Of a stretch of DNA of 64,000 nt, positions 51,898-59,505 are shown one piece after another. Below the pieces are notes generated by a model. That model searched no databases. It worked only from the letters and a program-made list of their open reading frames with translations, and was not told the origin of the DNA. The stretch lies in contig CAVYRF010000001.1 of the NCBI GenBank assembly GCA_963770895.1, positions 1,696,001 to 1,760,000 of the forward strand, written 5' to 3'. Numbering within the stretch: position 1 is the stretch's first letter; every line of letters starts with the position of its first letter. Both the position numbers and the translations under genes were made by a program. This stretch comes from an uncultured Acidobacteriota bacterium. Its GTDB lineage: Bacteria > Acidobacteriota > Thermoanaerobaculia > Multivoradales > UBA5704.

Positions 51898-52493
51898 TCG
51901 ACGCCGACGTCCACGCGGTCGTCGACCAGGCGGCGATCGAGCTGGCGCGGCGCATCGGCAGCGGCGACGCCGCGGCGGAAGGCGAGCTGGTCGAGCGCTA
52001 TAGCAAGGGCGTGCTCTTCCTGCTGCGCCGCATGACGCGCGATCGGGCGCTGGCCGACGATCTGCATCAGGAAACCTTTCGCGTCGTGCTCGAACGCCTG
52101 CGCGGCGCCAGCCTGGAAGAGCCCGGCAAGCTCCCGGCCTTCGTCTTGCGCACGGCGCGCAATCTCTTCCTGGCCGGCTACCGCAAGCGCGTGCGGCGCG
52201 GCGAGCACCACGACCTGGCGCCGCCCGAAAGCGTGCCCGATCCGGCGCCCGGCCAGCTGGAGGAGGTGCTGCGCGCCGAGCGGCGGGCGCAGGTGCGGCA
52301 GGTGATCGAAGAGCTGCCCACCGAACGCGACCGCCTCATCCTGCTGCGCTACTACGCCGCCGACCAGGACAAGGAGCGGATCTGCGCCGATCTCAACCTG
52401 TCGGCGCAGCACTTTCATCGCGTACTGTTCCGCGCGCGGCAACGTCTGCGGGAGCTGCTGGTGCGGTCGCCGCGCGATCGGGGGGTGAGATGA
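51894..52493 (+). CDS. ECF sigma-70 factor
   Basis: GTGA overlap with the CHAT gene; GDAAAEGELVERY, ADDLHQETF, TARN, LILLRYY, RVLFRARQRLR. Confidence 0.92.
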   Translation: MIDADVHAVVDQAAIELARRIGSGDAAAEGELVERYSKGVLFLLRRMTRDRALADDLHQETFRVVLERLRGASLEEPGKLPAFVLRTARNLFLAGYRKRVRRGEHHDLAPPESVPDPAPGQLEEVLRAERRAQVRQVIEELPTERDRLILLRYYAADQDKERICADLNLSAQHFHRVLFRARQRLRELLVRSPRDRGVR

Positions 52494-52513
52494 ACCGCAC
52501 GCTGGCGGCAGCT
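52484..52513 (+). promoter_or_regulatory. Putative ECF sigma promoter, copy A
   Basis: GGTGAGATGAACCGCACGCTGGCGGCAGCT over the sigma stop codon, upstream of the anti-sigma. Confidence 0.7.
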
Positions 52514-52542
52514 CTAAAGCGGTGGGAGCGTTGGTGACAGTG

Positions 52543-53484
52543 ATGGAACACCGAAAGATCGAAGACGAAGACTGGATCGCGCGCTATGCCGCCGGTACCC
52601 TGCCGGACGAGCAGGCGGAGCTCTTCGCCCAGCACCTGCTGCTATGCGGCGAATGCCGCGAGCAGCTGGAGCTTGAGGAGACGCTGCGCGACGGGGTGCG
52701 CGCCTGGAGCGTCGAGCAGGCGGCGCGCCAGCAGGTGGTGGTGCGCGCAAGCCTCGCCGCCTGGCTGGCCCGGCACGGCCGGTCGCGCACGCTGGCGATC
52801 GCCTGGACGCTGCTGCTGGTGGTCGCCTTGACTCCCGGCGGATGGCTGCTGCGTCAGGCGGTGGAGCAGCGCGGCCAGCTGGCGCGCGAGCGTGCCGCCG
52901 CCACCGCCGCGGCCGCGGCCGCGGGAGCGGTCGCCCCCGCCGCCGCCACCGCCGCCGCCGCGGCGCGCCGCATCGAGCAGCTGCAGGCCCAGCTGGCGGC
53001 GCAGCAGCTGGCCGCCGACCGCGCCGGCGCCGCCGAGCGCCGTGAGCGCGAGGGCCGCCAGGCCCTGGCGCGCCAGCTGGACCTGGAGCGCCAGCCGCGC
53101 GTCGACACGCCGATCGCCGTCCTGAGCGCGCTGCGCTCGGCGGCGGCGGGTGGGGGAGCGGCGCCGCCGGTGCGCATCGCCCTTCCCGTTGCCGCCGCCG
53201 CGCCGGCCCCGGCCGGTGCCGCGCCGCCCACCGCCTGGATCGCGCTGGCGCTGGAGCTGGACGGCCCGCGTCTTGCCTCGTACGCGGTGACCCTGGCCAC
53301 GGCGCGGGGCAAGACCGTCTGGCGCTGCCAGGGGCTGCACCTGGACGCGGCGGACCAGCTCACCTTGAGCCTGCCCGCATCGCTCCTGGCGCCGGGCGAC
53401 TACGAGCTGCGGGTCCAAAGCCTGGCGGCGGGCGCGCCGCCGGTCCCCGTCGCCCGCTTTGCGTTCCGCGCCGTGGCCAGGTGA
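52543..53484 (+). CDS. Membrane-spanning zinc-binding anti-sigma factor (zf-HC2)
   Basis: HLLLCGEC (HxxxCxxC), one TM helix, coiled coil, C-terminal beta domain with PGDYELRV. Confidence 0.88.
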   Translation: MEHRKIEDEDWIARYAAGTLPDEQAELFAQHLLLCGECREQLELEETLRDGVRAWSVEQAARQQVVVRASLAAWLARHGRSRTLAIAWTLLLVVALTPGGWLLRQAVEQRGQLARERAAATAAAAAAGAVAPAAATAAAAARRIEQLQAQLAAQQLAADRAGAAERREREGRQALARQLDLERQPRVDTPIAVLSALRSAAAGGGAAPPVRIALPVAAAAPAPAGAAPPTAWIALALELDGPRLASYAVTLATARGKTVWRCQGLHLDAADQLTLSLPASLLAPGDYELRVQSLAAGAPPVPVARFAFRAVAR

Positions 53485-53509
53485 GATCATCCGCGCTCTC
53501 GCGGCAGCT
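53480..53509 (+). promoter_or_regulatory. Putative ECF sigma promoter, copy B
   Basis: GGTGAGATCATCCGCGCTCTCGCGGCAGCT, 25/30 identical to copy A. Confidence 0.7.
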
Positions 53510-53570
53510 ACTTGCTGACCACCCAAGCACCGCCGGCCGGCTGCCGGCTCGACCCTCGAAAGGAGCGCCC

Positions 53571-53912
53571 ATGGATCGCCAGTCTTCGCTTCCCGCTTCC
53601 TGGAGCATCACCGAGTCGGACAACCCCACGATCTACCCGGTCGGCGCCCAGGTGGCGATGACCCCCGCGGACGACGGGCTCTACCAGCTGGGCTGGGGCG
53701 GATACCTGCTCGCCAACCTGGTGCATTTCGGCGGTGAAACCTTTCATTCGCTGCACGGCCACCCGGCCTTCGACGGCGCGCAGACTCCCTATCAGGTCGA
53801 AGTCCGGTTCGCCGCCGACGCCGGCCACATCCACGTCACCGTGCGCGCCGGCAACAGCGGCAGCGATCCGGGAGACCTGTCCGGCACCTGGGGCGCCGAC
53901 GCCAAGAACTGA
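53571..53912 (+). CDS. Small hypothetical protein (113 aa), putative ECF target
   Basis: AAGGAG RBS, host-like codon usage, ends GDLSGTWGADAKN. Confidence 0.8.
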   Translation: MDRQSSLPASWSITESDNPTIYPVGAQVAMTPADDGLYQLGWGGYLLANLVHFGGETFHSLHGHPAFDGAQTPYQVEVRFAADAGHIHVTVRAGNSGSDPGDLSGTWGADAKN

Positions 53913-53920
53913 TGAGGCCA

Positions 53921-53952
53921 GCCGGGGCGGGGCGCCGCCGCCCCGCCCCGGC
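53921..53952 (+). terminator. 14-bp GC stem-loop closing the ECF cassette
   Basis: GCCGGGGCGGGGCG-CCGC-CGCCCCGCCCCGGC; no U tract. Confidence 0.5.
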
Positions 53953-53980
53953 CATAGCCCACCGTGCTAGCATTTGCGGG

Positions 53981-54442
53981 ATGGGTGAGGAAGACGAATT
54001 CAAGGCGCGCATCGGCCGCCTGTTCGATCGCCACGGCGAGGGTAAGCAGGTTGCCGCCAACGTGTCCAAGGCCATGCGCGAACGGGGCGAGCGGTCCCTG
54101 ATGCACTTCCGCGACAAGCTCCACCAGGTCATCCTGCCGATCCTGCGCCAGGCGCATGAAAGCAGCGCGGAAGCGCAAAAGCTCCTGACCGTCAAGCACG
54201 ACGACGGCTCGGCCGCGCGTCCGGCCATGGCGCTGATCGGCACCCAGGACAGCTGGCTCGAGTTTCGCGCCGATATCAACCTGGGCAGGGTGGACATCTA
54301 TCGCGAGATCAACCGCCCCTCGTTTGCCTCGGTCAAGCCGGCCGCCCTGGCCTTCCTGCCGATCGCCAAGATCGAAAAGCCGGTCGTGCAGGAATACGTG
54401 GAGCGCTTCATCCTCCTGCTGTTCAAAGCCAAGAAGCTGTAA
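53981..54442 (+). CDS. Hypothetical protein
   Basis: Balanced amino-acid composition, GC3-rich codons. Confidence 0.7.
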   Translation: MGEEDEFKARIGRLFDRHGEGKQVAANVSKAMRERGERSLMHFRDKLHQVILPILRQAHESSAEAQKLLTVKHDDGSAARPAMALIGTQDSWLEFRADINLGRVDIYREINRPSFASVKPAALAFLPIAKIEKPVVQEYVERFILLLFKAKKL

Positions 54443-54703
54443 CAGAGCGCAAGCTCAGGCGCCGCGAGCCGCGCTGCGGCGGCGGCTCGTCCGGATGCCG
54501 AACCATCCTCCGCGGAGCGCAGTGCGCATTGCACACTGCGCAGGTGGCGCCCCGGGGCTCCGGCTTGCTCAGGTCGTGCTTGACAGCTGCACGGCTTCAA
54601 GAGATACACTTAAGCATCATTCGCGCAGCTTGAAAGCCATTGCACCCGCCGGTCGCGAGCCCATCTGGTGCCGATCGGTTGCCAGGCGGTGAGGAGTCAT
54701 CGA

Positions 54704-55948
54704 ATGTCTCCGATGCAGCTTTCCCATCCGGCTCGCAGGCGCTACGAACCGATCCGGGACCTGGCGGCGTTGCAGTTGCACCTGCAATGGGCGACGTCGC
54801 TCGAACTGTCGACCATCGCGCCGTATCTGTGCGCGCTCTACTCGGTGCAGGACCAGACCAGCGCCGCCGCGACGCTGGTGCGCGGCGTCGCCATCGAGGA
54901 GATGCTGCACATGATGCTGGCCAGCAACCTGATGAACTCGGTCGGCGCCAGCCCGAAGCTGTCGGGGGAGTTCGTCGCCAAGTACCCGACCTTCCTGCCG
55001 CACCACGCGGCCGGCGGCCCGTACGTGCAGCTGCAGGCGCTGTCGCCGGCGCTCGCGTCGACGACGTTCATGCCCATCGAGCAGCCCGAGGCGTCGCCGC
55101 AGGCGCCGCCACAGGGCGACTACTTTCAAACCATCGGCCAGTTCTACAAGGCGATCGAGCTGGGTTTCCGCCACCTGGCGGCGGAGCACGGCGAAAAATG
55201 GCTGTTCGGGCACGACACCGGGTGCCAGCACGGCGATACCTACTTCGGCGGCGGCGGCGGTCACCTGGTGGTGGTCGAAGACCTCCAGTCGGCACTGCTG
55301 GCGCTCCAGGAGATCACCGAGCAGGGCGAGGGCGCCGCCTGGCCCCACCCGCCGCTGCCCGGCGAAGACCCCTTCGGCAGCTACGAGCAGTACGGCATCC
55401 GCCTTGACGGCACCTACGGCCCCATCCTGGGAACGCCCTGGGAGATGTCGCACTACTACAAGTTCAAGCAGCTGGCCGACGGCACGGTGGCCGCTCCCGC
55501 GGTCTATCCGATGCAGGCAAACCCGGACAGCGATTCGCTCAGCGGTGCCGTTCGCAAGCTTTCGGAGCTGTGCGACGCCAGCTACGGCCTGCTGCTGCGC
55601 GCCCTCGAAAAGGCGCTCGGCACGCGGCGCGAGCAGGCCGACTTCTTTGGCATCGCCTTCCCGGTGATGCAGTTCGTGCTGCCGCGGCTCTCGGCTCTGC
55701 TGATGCAGACCGCCCTGCTGCCCGAGGCCGACCCCACGCTGGGTCCGAACGCCGGCCCCAGCTTCATGCCGCGCAACGTGCCGGCCGCGGAGGTCGCTCG
55801 CCAGGCCGAAGAGCTGCTCGCCGCGCCGCCGGCCGACCGCGGCGACAGCTACGCGACGTTGTGGGTTACGACCCTGGGCGCGGTGACCCCCGTCCTGCGC
55901 CACGCGGCAGCGCTGGCCCGCGGCCACGCCGCGCTGGACGCTCCCTAG
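54704..55948 (+). CDS. Ferritin-like protein (VioB/StaD C-terminal-type)
   Basis: LELSTIAPYLCALYS, IEEMLHM..ASNL, FMPIEQP, TIGQFY, ITEQGEG, SHYYKF. Confidence 0.88.
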   Translation: MSPMQLSHPARRRYEPIRDLAALQLHLQWATSLELSTIAPYLCALYSVQDQTSAAATLVRGVAIEEMLHMMLASNLMNSVGASPKLSGEFVAKYPTFLPHHAAGGPYVQLQALSPALASTTFMPIEQPEASPQAPPQGDYFQTIGQFYKAIELGFRHLAAEHGEKWLFGHDTGCQHGDTYFGGGGGHLVVVEDLQSALLALQEITEQGEGAAWPHPPLPGEDPFGSYEQYGIRLDGTYGPILGTPWEMSHYYKFKQLADGTVAAPAVYPMQANPDSDSLSGAVRKLSELCDASYGLLLRALEKALGTRREQADFFGIAFPVMQFVLPRLSALLMQTALLPEADPTLGPNAGPSFMPRNVPAAEVARQAEELLAAPPADRGDSYATLWVTTLGAVTPVLRHAAALARGHAALDAP

Positions 55949-55999
55949 GCCCGCGGACCCGACACCAGGCCCGCGGCGATCGCACTTCGAGGGGACAGC

Positions 56000-58060
56000 A
56001 TGGACCCGCAACCGCACTTCAAGATCCATCCGGCCATCGGCGTCGCCCGCCTGGGCGACAGCGAGGAGTACTACCTGGCGCCCGAAACCGCGGGCGGCCT
56101 GCCGCTGCTGCCGGATGGGCGGCCGTTTGAGGCCGGCGACTTCCGCGATTCCCATCACGGCCTGCGCCGCCAGGGGGCCCGCTTCACGATCTATCGTTAC
56201 GACGGTCCCGACGACGCCGGCGTCGAGGTGAAGGCGGGCGACCACGGCGTCGCCCGCATCGAATGGCAGGTGCATCTCGCCAACAAAAAGGCCATCTGGT
56301 ACCAGTTCGAAGTGCTGCTCGGCGAATTCGGCTATTCCCCCGACCATCCGCTGCGCAACGCCCAGGTGACCGAACCGGCGAAACGCCGGGCGATGATCAT
56401 CGATCCGGGCCCGCGCCGGCTGACCGGTCCCGGCCAGGCGGTGGAGTTTTCGCGCGCCGACAACCCGCACCACTACCCGATGACCTGGCCGCCCAAGGAC
56501 CTGCAGCCGTTCACCATCGATTCGCTGGGCGGCCTGCGCACCGACGCCCAGGGGCGCCTGGTGGTGCTCGGCGGCTACGGCCGTTCGGGATCGTCGATCC
56601 ATCCGCCGCAGATCCAGCAGTACGCCAACAATCCCGGCTGGTGGGACGACACCGCCGACGGGCCGGTGACCGCGGAGATCGTGTTCGAAGACGGCCGCCG
56701 CCAGCCGGTGGAGGTGCCGTCCTGGGTGTTCGTGGCGCCGCCGCGCTACGCGCCGCAGCTGCTCAACCTGGTGACGCTGTACGACACGGTGTTCGACACC
56801 TTTGTGCGCAACGCCGGCCTGCGGCCGGAGGTCTTCGCCGAGGGTCAATGGCAGCGCGACTACCACCCGGACTGGAACGGCGAGATCCTGCCGATCCTGG
56901 AACGCATCCGCCGCTACCACTGGGTGGTGGCAATCCCGCCGCAGGCGCACGACCTGGACCTGCCCAAGCTGGGCGACCGCGCCGCCGAATACAACGCCCT
57001 GCGCCAGTTCTATCTCAGCGTCATCCGGCCGCCGGCAAGGCCCAACTCGCTCACCGGCGCCGCCAACGGGCTGACCCAGATGCCCTACCTGGCGGGCGAC
57101 AACTGCCTGCAACCGGATGCGCTCAACTCCAACTACCTGACGGTCACCAACACGCAATATTTCTTTTTGCAGCAGTGGGCGCTCGGCAGGTTCCGCCACG
57201 GCACCGCGGCGGCGCCCGTCGCGCCGACCCCGCCGGGCATGGCGCTCGACCGCGCGGCGCTCGAAAACTGCGTTGGCGGCGCCTTCTCGCCCGGCATCGA
57301 AATGACCTGGATCAGCCGCGACCTGCGCATCTACGCGCAGCCGTTCCGCATCAAACACAAGCCGCACGTGGTGCCGCCGCTCAGCCTGGGCGAAGACTTC
57401 GCGCAGGGCCTGGAGCCGGGCGACGTCGGCAAATACATGGCCCAGCCCTGGCAAGCCGATTTCAACGAATGTTCGTCGCAGCCGATCGGCGATCGCGTGT
57501 TCTGGTGGTGGCCGGTGCAGCGGCCGCTGTTCGTGCACGTCGAAACGGAAGGCATGCTCAGGCAGGTCCCCTGGCTGGGCACCGACGCCGACCAGAACGC
57601 CGACGACTACCTGCAATTCGGCATGGACATCCAGATGGTGTCGGGTTGGAAAGACCTCGGTTTCGTGATCGATCAGGGCACGCCGGGTCACCCCCGCTTC
57701 GTCGAGGTCCAACGCAACCTGCCGCGGCCTCCCGCGCCTGCCGCCTCCCACGCCGCCACGCAGGCCGGCCACGGCGGCCAGGCCAGCCGCGGCGGCGGGC
57801 ACCAGACCCACCACGTGGCGGAGGCCGGCGCTGCCGGCGCTCCCGGCGGCGGCGGCGTCCACGGCGCCGGCGTCCATGGTGCTGCAGAGCATGGCGAAGC
57901 GAGCCCCGGCGGCGGCTCTCACGGCGGCGTCCCTGACGGTGGCGGCGTGCGCGGTGGCGGCGTCGCCGGCGGTGGCGGTGTGCACGGCGGCGGCAGCGGC
58001 GTGCACGGCAGCGGCAGGGGTGGCGGGGGAGCCCGTGGCGGCGGCGACGGCCAGGTTTGA
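56000..58060 (+). CDS. LodA/GoxA-family CTQ-dependent oxidase with Gly/His-rich tail
   Basis: KIHPAIGVARLGDS, WQVHLANKKA, WWDDTADGPV, CVGGAFSPGIE, PWQADFNEC, WWPVQRP. Confidence 0.93.
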   Translation: MDPQPHFKIHPAIGVARLGDSEEYYLAPETAGGLPLLPDGRPFEAGDFRDSHHGLRRQGARFTIYRYDGPDDAGVEVKAGDHGVARIEWQVHLANKKAIWYQFEVLLGEFGYSPDHPLRNAQVTEPAKRRAMIIDPGPRRLTGPGQAVEFSRADNPHHYPMTWPPKDLQPFTIDSLGGLRTDAQGRLVVLGGYGRSGSSIHPPQIQQYANNPGWWDDTADGPVTAEIVFEDGRRQPVEVPSWVFVAPPRYAPQLLNLVTLYDTVFDTFVRNAGLRPEVFAEGQWQRDYHPDWNGEILPILERIRRYHWVVAIPPQAHDLDLPKLGDRAAEYNALRQFYLSVIRPPARPNSLTGAANGLTQMPYLAGDNCLQPDALNSNYLTVTNTQYFFLQQWALGRFRHGTAAAPVAPTPPGMALDRAALENCVGGAFSPGIEMTWISRDLRIYAQPFRIKHKPHVVPPLSLGEDFAQGLEPGDVGKYMAQPWQADFNECSSQPIGDRVFWWWPVQRPLFVHVETEGMLRQVPWLGTDADQNADDYLQFGMDIQMVSGWKDLGFVIDQGTPGHPRFVEVQRNLPRPPAPAASHAATQAGHGGQASRGGGHQTHHVAEAGAAGAPGGGGVHGAGVHGAAEHGEASPGGGSHGGVPDGGGVRGGGVAGGGGVHGGGSGVHGSGRGGGGARGGGDGQV

Positions 58061-59360
58061 CGTTGCCGTCGCCGGCGGCGGTCCCGCCGGAGCCGCCGCG
58101 GCCATTGCCCTGGCGCGCGCCGGCCTGCGCGTGGCGTTGATCCAACCGGCTCCGCCCGCCGCCGTCGCGCCGGGCGTTGGTCTGGTCTACCCGCACGGCG
58201 CCGTTTTCACCGATGGTGCCACCCTTGCCGCCGGTGCCGCATCGGCGGTGGCGCCTGCTTGCGCCACTGCCGCGTCGGCCGCCGGCGCCGGTTCGGCGGC
58301 AGACTCTGCCGGCGCCGCTGTAACGCCTGACGAGGCTCCCGATCGTGGCGCCGGCGCGCTGCGCCTGGGCGAAAGCGTGCCAGCGGATGTCCGCCCGGAA
58401 CTGGAGGCTCTGGGCGCCTGGAGCTCCTTTGCGGCCGCCTCCCACCTGGCATCGCGCGGCACGGCGTCCAGCTGGGGGAGCGGCCAGCTGCTCCTGCGCG
58501 ACGCCTTCTGTTCCGCGACCGGCGCCGGCTGGCAGCTGGACCGGGCGCGCTTCAACGCCGACCTTGTGGCTCATGCGCACCGCGCCGGCGCGCAGCCGCT
58601 GGCCGGCCATGTCGTCGCCGCCTGGCGCGCGGCAGGCGGCTGGTCCGTGGACCTGGCGCGGACCGGTGGTGGCGGCAGTGGCCCCTTGCGCTTGGCCGCC
58701 GGCTTCCTGGTCGACGCCACCGGCCGCCACGCCGCGGTCGCCCGGCGGTGCGGCGTGTCGCGCCTGCGCCTGGACCGGCTGGTCGGCGCCGGCGCCGTCT
58801 TCGCCTGGCCCGGCGGCGCGGCGCCGCCGCCGCGCCACATGCTGGTCGAGGCCGCCGAACAGGGCTGGTGGTATGCCGCGCGCCTGCCGCGGGACCGCGC
58901 CGTGGTGTGTTGGATGAGCGACGGCGACCTGCTGCGCCAGATGGGCCTGCACCGCGCCGCCCCCTGGGAGGCGCACGCGGCGCAGGCGCCGCACCTGCGC
59001 CAGCTGCTGGCGGGCGCCGGGCGCGTCTCGCCGCTGGCGGTGGTGTCCGCCGCCTCCCACCGGCTGGCTCGCTGCGCCGGTGCCGGCTGGCTCGCCGCGG
59101 GCGATGCCGCGGCGGCGTTCGATCCGCTCTCCTCGGCGGGCATCGTGCTGGCGCTGCGGTCGGGCCGCGAGGCGGCGGCGGCCGCCGCCGCATGGCTGGG
59201 CGGCGACGCCTGCGCCCTGGAGGCCTACGAGCAGCGGGTGGCCGGCCGGTATCGCCACTACCTGCTGGGGCGGCGCCAGATGTATGCGCTGGAGACTCGC
59301 TTTCCAACCGCCGAATTCTGGCGCCGGCGGCACGCTGCCGCCGCGGCGCTCGCCGCTTGA
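58035..59360 (+). CDS. LodB/GoxB-like FAD-dependent maturation flavoprotein
   Basis: DVAVAGGGPAG, LGES, LDRARF, VDATGR, GWWY, AAGDAAAAFDPLSSAGI, FWRRR; directly after the LodA-like gene. Confidence 0.88.
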   Translation: MAAATARFDVAVAGGGPAGAAAAIALARAGLRVALIQPAPPAAVAPGVGLVYPHGAVFTDGATLAAGAASAVAPACATAASAAGAGSAADSAGAAVTPDEAPDRGAGALRLGESVPADVRPELEALGAWSSFAAASHLASRGTASSWGSGQLLLRDAFCSATGAGWQLDRARFNADLVAHAHRAGAQPLAGHVVAAWRAAGGWSVDLARTGGGGSGPLRLAAGFLVDATGRHAAVARRCGVSRLRLDRLVGAGAVFAWPGGAAPPPRHMLVEAAEQGWWYAARLPRDRAVVCWMSDGDLLRQMGLHRAAPWEAHAAQAPHLRQLLAGAGRVSPLAVVSAASHRLARCAGAGWLAAGDAAAAFDPLSSAGIVLALRSGREAAAAAAAWLGGDACALEAYEQRVAGRYRHYLLGRRQMYALETRFPTAEFWRRRHAAAAALAA

Positions 59361-59505
59361 TATCTTGATTGCTGTATAGCTTCATGATGGACCGAGGGCA
59401 ACAGGAGTGGTTCCCGATCCGGGGCGCGTCCCCGCGACCTGCGTCCACGAGGGGCGCCGGCGCCGAGGAAACGCGTGCCGGGTCGGGTCAGCAAGGAGGT
59501 CATTG

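Noticed and set aside
54580-54610. TTGACA...TACACT promoter before the ferritin-like gene
   Set aside because: The spacer is 19 bp. Plausible but not supportable without TSS data.
54617-58105. 1162-aa minus-strand ORF, and similar long ORFs such as 284-2239, 10618-12354, 14260-16575, 32708-35272 and 48406-51474
   Set aside because: Antisense shadows of well-supported genes. High GC suppresses stop codons, and the translations carry no family motifs.
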